Assembly (NCBI GenBank): GCA_950097015.1
Contig: CATNEN010000038.1
Coordinates: forward strand, 3,782,001 to 3,846,000
DNA length: 64,000 bases
Source: Macrostomum hystrix
Lineage: Eukaryota > Animalia > Platyhelminthes
Direction: 5' to 3'
In this document: piece by piece, positions 1-13,600 of the stretch
How the letters are laid out: each line of letters begins with the position of its first letter
How positions within the stretch are numbered: position 1 is the stretch's first letter
Notes under the pieces: model-generated
Seen by the model: only the letters and a program-made list of their open reading frames with translations
Told to the model about the DNA's origin: nothing
Databases searched by the model: none
Program-made: the position numbers and the translations under genes

Positions 1-122
1 CGAGTCAACGAGACTAGCGATGTGAGGCCTTCTAAAAATGCTGAGTGCTTTGTAGTGCGAATTGGAACTGAAATACTCAATAGAATGCCAATTTTTCCTG
101 TTGATTAATTCTTCACCGCCAG

Positions 123-3100
123 GCCGGCAAGCAGTTTACAGCGCTTTTGAGGAACCCCAGCTTTGGCGCCAAACTGGGTGCCGTGTCTGGCGCCGTCTGT
201 TTCATCGGGCCGGGTGAGTTCTTTAGTACTTGAGTTCTTGAGTTCGTGAGTTCATGAGTTCTTGAGTTCTTGAGTTCTTGAGTACTTGAATTATTGAGTT
301 CGTGAGTTCATGAGTTCATGAGTTCGTGAGTTCATGAGTTCATGAGTTCATGAGTTCATGAGTTCTTTAGTTCTTGAGTTCTTGAGTTCATGAGTTCATG
401 AGTTCATGAGTTCTTGAGTACTTGAATTCTTGAGTTCGTGAGTTCATGAGTTCATGAGTTCATGAGTTCATGAGTTCTTGAGTTCTTGAGTTCTTGAGTA
501 CTTGAATTCTTGAGTTCGTGAGTTCATAAGTTCTTGACTTCTTGAGTTTTTTAGTTCGTGAGTTCGTGAGTTCGTGAGTTCTTGAGTTCTTGAGTTCATA
601 AGTTCTTGAGTAAACTAATGAGTTCATGAGCTCATTTACCTCTCTCAACTCGCAGAAAATTCGACCCACGACGAGGCGCAGCTGATCCAGAATGCTCAGA
701 ATGATGATGATGACGAGGAGCTCACCTACAAAGGACAGTTCATCCAGTGAGCTCAGTTCAGACCCGTGTTTTTTGTTTTGTTTTCTTCTCGAATTGCAAA
801 GGCCAATGAATTTGATTTCCACAGAGCGATGAGCATCGACGCGGGGCAGGACGAGAACGGCAGGCCGAACGAGATCAGCGGTCTGGACTTGCTGCTGCAC
901 TTTTGCACCTTCTTCTTCAAGGTGCTGCTCGCCCTGGTGCCGCCGAGGTGAGTTGCCGAGATTTGGCATCGTTAGACTGAGAGGACTGAGAGAACTGAGA
1001 GCAGTAGAAAGAACACTATTTTCCTTCTGGGGAAAAACCACGGGGGTATTTCAAATAGTCATAGCCGACATGGTTACATGATGAAATTTTGTGCCTACAT
1101 TTGTGGTTCTTGCCACCAGACACTCCGACGAGAATCGTTGAATATCTCGACGATCTCGACGAAAATTTTTGCCCATTTTCTGGATTTTAATGGCGATTGG
1201 TTTCATATTTTAGGAGATACAGAAAAAATGAAAAATGCGACAATTTGAACTGCCCCATGGTCTTTGTACTGTTAATAAACTTTTACTTTTACTCTTTCAC
1301 CTGCCATCATTTTCCAGGCAGTACTTCAAGGCCTATCCGGCATTTTTCTGCTCGTTGGTGGTCATCGGAACCCTGACCGCCTTTGTGGAGCAGGTGAGAC
1401 CGGAAGGACTCAAGCTAGTTAGTTAGTTTTTCTACCGTAAATAGAATCAGCTGGTCAATTCTCCAAAATCTAGGACTAGAGCTAGGTTCGGCAACCTTAT
1501 GTTCGTACATCGTGGGCCAGAGATTGAATCCAGAACACGACAGCGGACTGCATAGAATTAGGAAATTCAATTAAGTTCAGTACATTTAGTTCAGATATGA
1601 CAGGCTAGGATGAGACAGGGAGAGGTGAGACAGTTAGAGATGAGACAGGGAGAGATGAGATAGGGTAAGATGAGACAGGGAGAGATGAGACGCGCGAGAG
1701 CAAAGACAGGTGGGTAGGTGCTAGAAGGAGCTAGGGGCCAGATTTATTTAGGAGGGCCGCATCTGGCCCGCGAGCCAGAGGTTTGGGCTAGGGTTTCGGA
1801 TAACTACAACATGACCCAATGACCAGATGATTAAGAAGATGATGATCTTAATCATCTGGTGAGATTCGAACTCCCGACCTCTAGCCGTTGGGCTACCAGC
1901 TTTGCCCAAATCTCCATCAGCTATAAAATATCCCCGTGTTCGCCCAAGCTTGGAAACCTGCTTGGCTGCGTGCTGGGAATCCACCAGGCCGTGACCGGCA
2001 TCACGATTGTTGCCATCGGCACCTCGCTGCCCGACACCTTCGCTAGCCGGACGGCGGCAATTCAGGACGACTCAGCTGACAACAGCATCGGCAATGTCAC
2101 TGGTGAGACTCGAGTCTTATTGCTGGATTGTCGATGTGAATTTAAAATTTAGCGATTGCCTCTTGAGTCCTTGAGCTCGATTCCACGGCGAGGCAACATT
2201 CATTTGGGGCGCAGCCGCGGAGAGAAGGCTTGCGGGCTTGTCGTGCAATTTACGCCCTCGAGGGCCAACCTCCAAAGCAGAGTAAGAGTGTGCACTGCCA
2301 GACGATGAAAAAGTCAGGGCAGATGTATACACCTGTGTGACCGTGTACCTGCGTAGGGTATCTGTGTGCGTGTGTGCTCAGGAGTCAGCGAAATGGGCAG
2401 AATTGCCTCCTCGCTGGCTGCGGGTCTAGTGTCACCAAATGATGTGCCATTGCCTGCAGCCCTCCTGCAATTACTATTATTTCAAATTATTGGTGCACTT
2501 AAGTATTGGTGCACTAAAGTATGTGACACTAAAGTACTGGCGCACTAAAGTACGGTCACACTTTAAGTTTAAAGTGGGCGTGCTAATGTTTTTGCGTACT
2601 TAGTTTCGGTGTCAGTTCAAGTTCGGGTGCACTTCTAAAGCGAGTTAGCAGCCGTAGCCGCTGACCGAAATGAATCGTCAACAATCACTGCACAATATGC
2701 ACACCAGGCTCAAACAGTGTCAACGTGTTTCTGGGCCTCGGCCTGCCGTGGTGCATCGCGACCATCTACGCGGCCATCAAAGGCAAGCCCTACTGCGTGG
2801 ACCCGGACAACCTGTTCCAATCGCTGATCTTCTTCCTGGCCGTTGCCATGGTCTGCCTGGTCATGCTGTTCATTCGAAGGGTGAGGCAGCTTGCAGTTTC
2901 CTAAAAACGAAATAAGTTTACCCAGTTGGTTAAGCAGTGAATCCACCGTGCAGCATAGCCGCATGGACTGCCCAAACCACATAAATTTCTACTCCAAGGA
3001 CCACTGCAGCTATACAAATCAGGGCGGGACACTCTTGTTTCCTGGAAAACTTTGGTAGGCCTGCTTTTGTCGCAAAACGCATTAGCTAGATAGACTGGCG

Positions 3101-4313
3101 TTGCTCCGTTTTCTTTCATGTCTAGATCATAATTACAATACTCTTACAATATGTTATTTGAGATAGAGGTTGTAGCCTAGTGGTTAGAGCGTCGGACTCA
3201 CGACTTGAAGGTCGGGGGTTCGATTCCCAACTCCACTAGAACAATTTGTGTCCTTTAGCAAGACACTTAACTCTGCACTGCTTCAGTTCACCCAGCTGTT
3301 AAATGGGTACCAGCATCAGCTGGGATAATTGAAGGTGGGTGTGGCGTCCCCCCAGTCCATGGACTGAACTGCCGTACGCAGCCTTCAGATGCGCCGCGCA
3401 ATAGCTGCGGCTGTGCTGTTGGCTGCACATCTGGCCTAATTGGGGCAGGTGTAATCAATTATTATAATTATTTGAGATATTTTGTGTTTGGAAATCGTTG
3501 CAATGCAAACCAACAACTACAAGTACTACTAACTACAACTTACACAGGAATATCCACAGGTTCCTCCCATACAACCATTCTAAGTCGAGCTTTCCTTCTT
3601 CTAGTCTTGTCTTTCTGATTTTAGGAGTAAATAATATAGTACAACTTGTAATAATTGCAGGAGGGATGCGGGCAATGGCACATCACTTGGTGACACTTGA
3701 CCATTTCGCTGACTCCTGAGCACACACGGACACAGGAACCATTAGCAGGCACACGCTCACACAGTTGTGTACATCTGCCCTGACTTTTTCATCGTCAGCC
3801 AGTGTACACTGTCACTGTGCTTTGGAGGTTGGCCCTCAAGGGCGTAAATTGCACGACAAACCCCAAAGCCTTCTCTCCGCTCAGAGCTTAGGGACCTTGG
3901 TGCAAGAGGCAGACGCGTATACCGCTGTGCCACTCACCTTCCTGATTTTACGAGGAATAACTGCTTCGAAATAATTCTCGTCGGATAAAATGGTCATCCT
4001 GGATGCTAGGCATTCTTTATGGGGAAGCATCTCAAAATTTCTCAAACTACAACACTGTCAGACTGTTCTTAGGGGGTATTCCAATACGAGTACAAACCCA
4101 GCTATTTACTCAACCTTCTGTCTCGCTGCTCAGGCTCTCGGAGGCGAGTTGGGCGGACCCAAGGCTGTCAAATGGGCCTGCGGCATCAGCATGATCACCC
4201 TGTGGATTCTCTACGTCATCCTGGCTTCGCTGAAGGCCTACAACATCTTGAACTTCAACGTCAACCTGCCGGCAGCTACCGGCATCTGTAGCACCGCTAA
4301 GTCGAGCTCTTGA
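123..4313 (+). CDS. SLC8A: Sodium/calcium exchanger (NCX/SLC8 family), 3' part; 5' end lies outside the window
   Basis: Phase-consistent GT-AG exons 123-213, 656-746, 825-947, 1318-1393, 1949-2102, 2708-2880, 4134-4313. Protein includes a Calx-beta-like end ([14 protein letters not shown]), QFIQAMSIDAG...[18 protein letters not shown], the alpha-2 repeat [10 protein letters not shown]...[21 protein letters not shown] and GGELGGPK. Confidence 0.95.
214..632 (+). repeat. 8-bp intronic tandem repeat (G/A/T)TGAGTTC
   Basis: Array fills an NCX intron and starts at the donor GTGAGTTC. Confidence 0.95.
1037..1261. mobile_element. MITE-like non-autonomous DNA transposon relic
   Basis: Imperfect TIRs ACCACGGGGGTATTTCAAAT (1037-1056) and ATTTGAACTGCCCCATGGT (1243-1261). 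A diverged copy of the interior (TTGCCACCAGACA, TGAATATCTCGACGAT, TTCTGGATTTT) lies at ~25860-26085. Confidence 0.6.
1482..1792. mobile_element. hAT/Charlie-like non-autonomous element carrying a GAGATGAGACAGGG minisatellite
   Basis: Left end (TAGGTTCGGCAACCTT) and right end (GGGCCGCATCTGGCCCGCGAGCCAGAGGTTTG) resemble typical hAT-Charlie termini. Internal repeat at 1600-1700. Confidence 0.45.
2150..2482 (+). mobile_element. tRNA-derived SINE family A, 5'-truncated copy
   Basis: Shares GAGCTCGATTCCACGGC, GGCTTGTCGTGCAATTTACGCCCT, AAAGTCAGGGCAGATGTA and CAGCCCTCCTGCAATTA tail with about 10 other copies in the window. Confidence 0.85.
2490..2640. repeat. Dispersed degenerate GGGCGCACTT/AAAGTA repeat (also ~4480-4570 and 5180-5330)
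   Basis: Recurring G(C/T)GCACT(A/T)AAGTA units at three loci. Confidence 0.6.
3166..3467 (+). mobile_element. Full-length tRNA-derived CORE-type SINE (family B) with 12-bp TSD
   Basis: A box TAGCCTAGTGG, B box GGTTCGATTCC, CORE-like GTGTCCTTTAGCAAGACACTTAACTC...CAGCTGTTAAATGGGTACC, AT-rich tail. TSD TTATTTGAGATA at 3154-3165 and 3468-3479. Confidence 0.9.
3646..3940 (-). mobile_element. SINE family A copy (internally deleted)
   Basis: Reverse-complement match to the family A head, body and tail. Confidence 0.85.
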
Positions 4314-5849
4314 CTCATCAGACTATTGTGTGAAACGGTCTTTAAAACTGTGATTGGTCACTTGTTGGTTTGAATTGTGGTCAGTTCTAGAAAACCCCTT
4401 GGGAATTGAAAGGACAGGCCTCTACACCACCCATAGACGAAATGACCAAACTAGCCAACGATGAGCACACCAAAGTATTCAGTAAAATATGGGTGCGCTA
4501 AAAAACACATGCACGAAAGTACCGGCGCACTAAAGTATGGGCGCACTTAAGGACGGGCGCACTAACGGCCCAATGCATACACATGACTAATCGCAGCAAA
4601 TAATTTTTTAAAGACCGCATTGCGTAAGAACGCTTTAGTTTCCTCCACTTCCTTGTTAGAAAACTCTTGTTTATGATTTAGAAATACCACAGTGTCGACT
4701 GCTCTCTTTTCCCTTTTACTTTTTTTCATAATGTGTACGTTTTATAGAATTGGTAAAACCAACAGTCGATGAAAAAATTATCAAAAGAAAGATGCATAGG
4801 AACTTGAATTTCTTTTTTAGTAGCTTCCGTTTAAATCTGCAGAGAATATTTTTAATAACTAGGATTGTAAAAGACATCAACTTGTTGGTGCGCCAGCAAG
4901 TCCCAAACGAGTCGACGTGCGCATATTGACTGCCTTTTTGGAACATACTTTCCGGTTTTAATTCAGCCTTTTCTTATTTAGCGACTGTAGTTCGCTCATA
5001 TGCATTCCGCACATTTATTCTCTGTTACGCGTCATTTTGTTTTAATTCGAGCGTATATTGCCATCTGGTGATTCAATGCTTCGTACAGATTTTTCCCTTA
5101 TTTGCTAAGCGCGCCTAAATTTTGTATCTGATGTAAGCATATAGTGAATCACAGTGACCTAGATTAGCGCATTGGAGTGCGGGAGCACTTAAGTGTAGGC
5201 GCACTTTACGTGCCGGCGTACTTTGAGTACGGGCGCACTTTAGGTGCGAGCAAACTCTGAGTACGGGCGCACTTTAGGTTTGGGCGCACTTTGAGTACGC
5301 GCGTACTTTAGGAGTGGGCGCACTTGAGTGCCACATGCAAATAAATGCCTTAATGCCTTGCCCCTGACCTCAGTAATAACTCTGCCTGTTTGTATAATTC
5401 AATGCTGCGATTCGTAGCACTTGCACCTTTAGATATTCTCGTAGTCAATTTTCTGCTTGCAAATCGGTTGTGAACTTGAACACTTTGTTTATCCTTGATG
5501 CTGATTTGAAGCTCGCTTTTAAATCCTCTGAGCTTATTTTTGAGACCTTTTAATATTAATCGAATGCGCAGAAAACCTTTGACGCAATTTTTGGGTAGCA
5601 CCGTCTTAGATAAGCACCTTACTCATTAGCACTCCACTAACACGACTGGCGCCCTGTGTTTTCTGTTTATGCGTTTCTATGACACTGTAATCAAGAAAAT
5701 CTCTGTTTCTATTACAATATTTTGTTTCGAATTACAACGCATCTGAATCTTTTAATTTGTCTTCTAAAGTCTTAATATTTGTTTATTTTTTGGCATTCAC
5801 TTAAAGCCTTGGTTTGGGTTTCCATAATACAGAGCTGGGGCCCTCAGAC

Positions 5850-6470
5850 CCTGTCTCACCTGTCTCATCTCCTATCTTATCTACCTTGCCTCATCTCCCC
5901 CGGTCTCATCTACCCTGTCTGATCCCTTACCTATCTCATTTTTCCCTGTCTCATCTCTCCCCTGTCTCATCCATCCCTGTTTTATCTCTTCCTGTCTCAT
6001 CTCCCCCTGTCTCATCTCCCCCTGTCTCATCTCCCCCTGTCTCATCTCCCCCTGTCTCATCTCCCCCTGTCTCATCTCCCCCTGTCTTATCTCTCCCCTG
6101 TCTCATCTCCCCCTGTCTTATCTCTCCCCTGTCTCATCTCCCCCTGTCTCATCTCCCCCTGTCTTATCTCTCCCCTGTCTCATCTCCCCCTGTCTCATCT
6201 CCCCCTGTCTTATCTCCCCCTGTCTCATCTCCCCCTGTCTTATCTCTCCCCTGTCTCATCTCCCCCTGTCTCATCTCCCCCTGTCTTATCTCTTCCTGTC
6301 TCATCTCCCCCTGTCTCATCTCCCCCTGTCTCATCTCCCCCTGTCTTATCTCTCCCCTATATTTTGTCTCCCCTGTATTTTGTCTCCCCTGTATTTTGTC
6401 TCCCCTGTATTATCTCAATTCTTTTTCATCTCTCCCCTGGTTAATCTCTTCCATCTTATCTCTCCCTTTT
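5850..6470. repeat. 15-16-bp minisatellite CCCCCTGTCTCATCT
   Basis: Tandem array; same family as 1600-1700 and 54600-55640. Confidence 0.95.
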
Positions 6471-7605
6471 TTATCATTATCTGCCATCAGAACCCACCAC
6501 TGCCATCTTTTCGTATCCCTAATTTGTTAACTTTCCTGTTCTCATATACCTAATCCAAACCTCCTGAGTGGAACGTCACATATGTACCAAAATTAAACGA
6601 ATATTAACCGTTTGGAACAAACTAATTATCGAATGACGGAATCGCACAAAAAAACTCGAAAGTAATATTTTGTTTATGTGCGCTGTGAGCATACAATATG
6701 CTCGGAAAATATATATAATAATAGTAAAAAACAAGTTTTTGAAAGTCAGATAGCACTATATTAATCAGTAAAATGTGCGTTTTGTCAAGGAAAATCGATT
6801 TAAACAAAAATTATCTGCGGTTTTATTTGTTATAAATTGCACGCCTGCGAGTGCCCCGCCAAACACGCTTTGGTACAAATTCTAATTACAGGGTACTATT
6901 TCGTGATCGAAGACGTACAAGAAAATGTTTAATTATCTTGTAAATCAAAAACAATCAACTGGTTCGTGAAACCTATTTTGCTGTACGACATTTAAGATAT
7001 AGTTTCGCCTAGAAATTAACTTCTCAATTAAAATAGAAAACTGTGTAAATGTGCAATTAGAGACTGTACACATCTTGAAACTTAAATTTTCCTAAGCACA
7101 GATTAATTCTCGCTTAATAGGCATGTGAGAGCTAAATATAGACAATTTTAAGGCTATCACGTTAGCATCGCGTGCAAACAGACCTTTGTTGCTAAAAATA
7201 GCAACAAGTGACAAGTGCTATTAATGGAACACAAAATTCCACTGATGAGAAAATAAACAAAATTGATTTGGACCCTTGAAGCCAAAATGGAGTCCTTTGC
7301 TTTCGCTAAATCATGATTAAATTTTTACAATTTCTCTGTGTTCTCGATAATGCAAAAATATACGTGCAATGTGTATAACGTGAGAGACGAGGCAAATGTG
7401 TCACATTTAAAAGTAAAAATATAGTATGTAAAGTTGTCTTGCGGGTGACTATAAATAAAATATTTAGCCCCTGTATAAATAAAATTTGACTGTATTCGAG
7501 TAAAAGATTGTAATGTAAAATAGACATGGTGTAATGTCATTTTATATTTTATTTTTTCTTTAGACTAAGCTGTCACAACTAAAATATTGACAAGTTGATC
7601 TAGAC

Positions 7606-10600
7606 TTAGTCGTCCTCGAAATCGTCCTGGTACTGGCGACTTCTCGACTTCTTAGAGCTCAGCGGGCGCCCTGACCGTTCACAGGGGTGATCAATTATCG
7701 ATTAAAGCCAAGTAGCAACTTTTTCAATACATCGACGATTAGACTCACAACATGATCAGTGACCAACAGCTGCCCTGTCACACCGCTGCCATCATGACCC
7801 ACCACTTCATCATGACCCACCACTTCATCATGACCCACCACTTCATCATGACCCACCACTGCTATGATGACCCACCACTGCTATCATGACCCACCACTTC
7901 ATCATGACCCACCACTGCTATGATGACCCACCACTGCTATCATGACCCACCACTGCCATCATGACCCACCACTTCTATCATGACCCACCACTGCCATCAT
8001 GACCCACCACTGCCATCATGACCCACCACTGCCATCATGACCCACCACTTCTATCATGACCCACCACTGCCATCACGACCAATCACTGCTATCATCACCC
8101 ACCACTTCTATCATGACCCACCACTGCCATCATGACCCACCACTGCCATCATGACCCGTCACTGCTATCATGACCCACCACTTCTATCATCACCCACCAC
8201 TTCAATCATGACCCACCACTGCTATCATGACCCACCACTGCTATCTTGACCCACTGATAATTTGCCCAAAGACTCAATTGACTGAAGTGACTCAAGTGAC
8301 TCACCTCCGTTTTCCCTGAGCCTGTCTCCGTCGCCGAACTCATCTTCCTCGTTGAAGTCGTCTCGCCGGCCGGAGCTCTTTAGCTTCTGCTTGCGGCGCG
8401 ACCCGTGACTCCGACTGCCGCCTTCCAGGCTTTCGGCAGCCGCTGCAGCAACTCCTTCGGTGATGTCCCGCGACACCTGGCGGGTGAGCTTCCTGCCAAC
8501 ACCGGCCATGGCGCCGGCGCGGTCCACCATGTCCTGCATCTCCGACTTAGGGATGTTGGTCAGGCGGGCCAAGTCCCCAAACAGGCGCTTGCGCTGCTCC
8601 TGGGTTGCGAAAGGCATGGGGATTAAATATATTTAATCACAATCCCTCCTTAAAATTCCTGTCCCTCCCTAAAATCCCAGTCCCTCTCTAACATCCGGAT
8701 CCCTTTCTAAAATCCCAGTCCCTCTCTAAAATCCCAGTCCCTCCCTAAAATCTCAGTTCCTCTCTAAAATCCCAGTCCCTCTCTATAATCCCAGTCCCTT
8801 TCTAAAATCCCAGTCCCTCTCTAAAATCCCAGTCCCTTTCTAAAATCCCAGTCCCTCTCTAAAATCCCAGTCCCTCTCTAAAATCCCAGTCCCTTTCTAA
8901 AATCCCAGCCTCTCTTTTAAAATCCCAGTCCCTCTCTAAAATCCCAGCCTCTCTTTTAAAATCCCAGTCCCTCTCTAAAATCCCAGTCCCTTTCTAAAAT
9001 CCCAGTCCCTCTCTAAAATCCCAGTCCCTCTCTAAAACCCCAGCCTCTCTTTTTAAATCCCAGTCCCTCTCTAAAACCCCAGTTCCTCTCTAAAATCCCA
9101 GTCCCTCTCTAAAATCCCAGTCCCTCTCTAAAATCCCAGTCCCTCTCTAAAATCCCAGTCCCTCTCTAAAATCCCAGTCCCTCTCTAAAATCCCAGTCCC
9201 TCTCTAAAATCCCAGTCCCTCTCTAAAACCCCAGCCTCTCTTTTTAAATCCCAGTCCCTCTCTAAAACCCCAGTTCCTCTCTAAAATCCCAGTCCCTCTC
9301 TGAAATCCCAGTCCCTCTCTAAAATCCCAGTCCCTCTCTAAAATCCCAGTCCCTATCTAAAATCCCGGTCCCTCTCTAAAATGCTAAACCCCTCTCTAAC
9401 AGGGGGTGAGTGGCAGAGCGGTCAAACGCTTTTGTCTCCTCACACCAAGGTCCCTGAGCTCGATTCAGCGGCAAGGCAAAATTTTTTTGGGGAGCAGCCG
9501 CGGAGAGATGGCTTGGATAATCCTCCAATTGACGCCCTAGAGGGCCAACCTCCAGGGCACAGTGAAACTGTACGCTAGCCCCGATGATAAGGAAGTCAGG
9601 GCAGGTGTGACCACCTGTGTGAGTGTGCGCCCAGTAGTCAGCGGAATGGCCTCCTTTAAAACTGACAGGTGATTCGAAAGCGGCGCACTCTCACCTCCAG
9701 CGACTTCTGCAGGTCGGCCTCCATCTCCCTGTCCAGATGCTCCTGCTGGCGCTTCATCTCTAGGCGCATCTCCTCCTCCATAGACATCATCGAGTTGCGG
9801 AACTTGGCGTCCAGGGACAGCTCCAGCACGTAGCGTGCGATTTGACTGAAAAAAGCAGTAAATTCATGGATTTCTGTCGATGGGAAGTCAGGAAGCACTT
9901 TGAAGAGCAAATCACAGCGGAGATCGATGTTTAGCATTAAAGCAATTAACAAAGATATTGACAGCGAGAGATGAAGATCTGTAAAATTAAAGTTTAGAAT
10001 ATCTGAATCCCTTAGAAAACTCAACCCCGCTCCAAACCCACCCAACCCACTCCAAACCTCTCAACCCCACTCCAAACCTCTCAATCCCACTCCAAACCTC
10101 TCAACCCCACTCCAAACCTCTCAATCCCACTCCAAACCCCTCAACCCCACTCCAAACCCCTCAACATCACTCCAAAACCCTCAACATTACTCCAAACCCC
10201 TCAACCCCACTCCAAACCCCTCAACCCCACTCCAAACCCCTCAACCCCACTCCAAAACCCTCAACATTACTCCAAACCCCTCAACCCATTCCAAACCCCT
10301 CAACCCCACTCTAAACCCCTCAACCCCACTCCAAACCCCTCAACCCCACTCTAAACCCCTCAACGCCACTCCAAACCCCTCAAAATCACTCCAAACCCCT
10401 CAACATTACTCTAAACCCCTCAACCCATTCCAAACCCCTCAACCCCACTCCAAACCCCTCAACATTACTCTAAACCCCTCAACCCATTCCAAACCCCTCA
10501 ACCCCACTCTAAACCCCTCAACCCCACTCTAAACCCCTCAACCCCACTCCAAACCCCTCAACATTACTCTAAACCCCTCAACCCATTCCAAACCCCTCAA

Positions 10601-13600
10601 CCCCACTCTAAACCCCTCAACCCCACTCCAAAACCCTCAACCCCACTCCAAACCACTTAACAGGACTAAAGACTCAAATATTACGGTTTCAAATTTTATA
10701 TACTTTTTAATACTTATATAGATAGCACTCCAAAGATATTTATAACATTTGTATCTCGTTCAAAATGTTGAACAACAATTTCTAAGCCAAATAGGGCAAT
10801 AATGCAATGATTTTTTGTCAGGGATCAAAGCGCATAACGACAATCAGCCTCGCTAGCGTCAATAAACACTTTTATTGAAATGTCGAAGAGAGACAGAAAG
10901 CAGAGCGGAAATATTTTCCTAAGAAATCCTAAATTATTTTCTTCTGCGGATTCTAAGTTTCCTCAGCTGGGGAACAACTTTGCGTCAGGTCATAGTTTAT
11001 TAAGCACGGGTGCGTGCGCAAGTGCTGTTTAATTAGATATATTTTTTTGTCTGGGGAATTCCTTGAGATTTTTTTAGGGGTATCCCGGTTCTATTTTTAG
11101 CATCGCCGCATTACTAAATAAGGTCAAGGTCACACGGAAAATTTTTTTTTGCTTAGGACATTTTAAAACAAAAAAACTTCGTGCATTATACACAGTTTAC
11201 AGCTAAACATATTGTTTGCAAATAGAAAAAGTAAGAAAAAAACCTTTCAATTCCAGGAAACATTATTTTATTCCGAAGTACAATCATCACTTCGCCTTAG
11301 TTTCTGCTCTGTAATTTGCCAACTAAAATTCTAATTTTAATTGGCAAATTACCGACTTGCTAAATTAGTTTTTTCTCAAAGACGCACAGAGAAAATAAAA
11401 CTTTTAACTGGCACTTACCTTCCAGGGCTAAAAAGTAATTGCAATATATTTATTGTTAGTAGAAATTTTAGTAAAATAATGAATATTAACAATTTTAAAC
11501 TCACTAAAGTGAATGAAACATTTAGGGCATGAAAATCTATGAGCTCAAAAACTTTCTCGTAGCATAATTAATTTCTGGTTTTTAGTCTTTGTAAGAACAA
11601 AGCACAAAATGCATAAATTATGTTAAAAAAATAGCGTATTCCTTAGAGCAAATAATTTGTTAGAATTTTTAACAGTTCTGTCTAAAAGCCAGGTGACACT
11701 CCTGCCTAACTAGTGAATAACAGGTAGCACTCCTGTCCAACACTAGCACTCTTAACTAACAGGTAACACTCAAGTTTAACAGGCAACACTCCTGTCCAAC
11801 AGGTAGCACTCCTGTCCAACAGGTAGCACTCCTGTCCAACAGGTAGCACTCCTGTCCAACACTAACACTCTTAACTAACAGGTAACACTCAAGTTTAACA
11901 GGCAACACTCCTGTCTAACTCGGGGCTTGTAGCAAAACTCGCTTGCAGGGCGGAGGCTGAAGCGTTCCACTCACCCGTGTCCGCTGCGATCCAGCGCCCT
12001 AGCTGCGTCCTGCTCCTCCTTATCCACCGTCTGCTTCACTTCGTCCTCCTTTTCTAGTTTTCGTCGCTCAAGTCGCTCTTTAAGCAGCATCTCCTGCTGC
12101 CGTTTCTCCCGGTCCATCTGCTCAGTGAGGTTGGCCACCTGAGCAGGGGGTGACGGATTCAGAACAAGGTAATTGACTCCGCCTGACATTTTAGGACGAA
12201 TTCATACGAGTTCAAACGCCCAGTTTTTGATGAACTCCACACAATCCAGCAGCCACCCCACTCCATTCAGCACCCACCTCACTCCATCCAGAACCAACCC
12301 CACTCCGTGAAGCACCCACCTCACTCCCTTTAGCACCCACCTCACTCCGTCCAGCACCACATCACTCCATTGACCACCCAGCTCCCTCGGTTCAACATTC
12401 ACCTCACTCTATCTAGCACCCACCTCCCTCCGTAAAAAGCTTAGAGTTAATAATTATTAGATACCGAATAAAGTGATGGATTGGCAATATATGTAGACGC
12501 ACTTAACAGGCTCAAAACAAGACCAACCTGATTGCGGTGGCTCTGCAGAATCTGGTCTAGTCCGCGGATGTCCATGTCTTCGCCGACGCCGGAGCCGCTC
12601 ATGCCGGCCTCGGCTAGCCGAGCCTCCAGCTGGGCCTCCAGCTCCCGCAGCACCTTCTCCTGCCTGTAGATAAGTCCCCGCCGACGAGCCTGCCCAGTCT
12701 GCAGCCGGCCGATGGACTCGCCAAGCCGCACCTCCTGCTCCCTTAAAGCCTTCGCCGTCTCAGCTGCCAGACTGTCACGCAGCCGCTGACGTCCCAGACG
12801 GCTCTCGTCGGCTAGTCGGCGCTTCTCCTCCTCCATGCGGGTGGCGAGCCGCGCCTCGAGCTTGGCGGCCTCCGGGCCGCCGGCCTTCTGCTCGTCCAGG
12901 GCCAGCTTGGCCTCGCGCGTGTCCCGCTGCAGGCGGGACATTGCTGCCCTGCGGGCTGCCAGCTTCGCCTCGAGGCCCTGGATTGAAGAGGAATCCAGAT
13001 GGGATCGGATGTTATTTTACTTTATTCACTATTTTCTTACTATTGACCTACATATACAAAGTCTAATTCTTTTAAGCATCGAAGCATTAAGAGTAATTGA
13101 CCCAGGAATCGACAGCGAGAGGAAAACATTAGGTTTACACAGATTTCTGGGCAAAGAATATTACCTTAGTAATTGACTTTTCATCAAACTTTGTTTTTAA
13201 CAAAATCTTTAGATGTGGCATCCGTTAGAAAGATTATTAATTAAACTTAAGACAAACCCCTGAAACCCTCAACCCCGCTCCAACCGCATCAAACCCTCAG
13301 CGCCGCCCCGTCCCCTCAAACCCTCAACCCCGCCCCAAACCCCTCAAACCCTCTACCTAACCCTAAACCCCTTCCAACACCTCAACACCGCCCCAACCCC
13401 TCAAACCCTGCCCCAAACCCCTTCCAGACCCTCAAACCCGCCCCAAACCGCTCAAACCCTCAACCCCACTCCAAACACCTCAAACACCCAACCTAGCTCC
13501 AAGCCCGTCAGCCCTTCAACCACTCTCTAAACCCCTCAAACCCGCAACCCAGCTCCAAATCCCATAAACCCTCGAGCTCACTCCAACCTCTAACCCCGCA

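Noticed and set aside
2385-2470. HDV-like ribozyme in SINE family A (GCCTCCTCGCTGGC matches the HDV P3/L3 string)
   Set aside because: No upstream P1 strand and no GG for P1.1. The bases are better explained by nested hairpins that are conserved in the related SINE at 34536.
3166-3240. tRNA gene
   Set aside because: A and B boxes are present, but the acceptor and anticodon stems pair poorly. The sequence continues into a CORE domain and tail with a TSD, so it is a SINE head.
10020-10655. Interstitial telomeric repeat
   Set aside because: The unit is a 20-mer (CTCCAAACCCCTCAACCCCA), not tandem CCCTAA.
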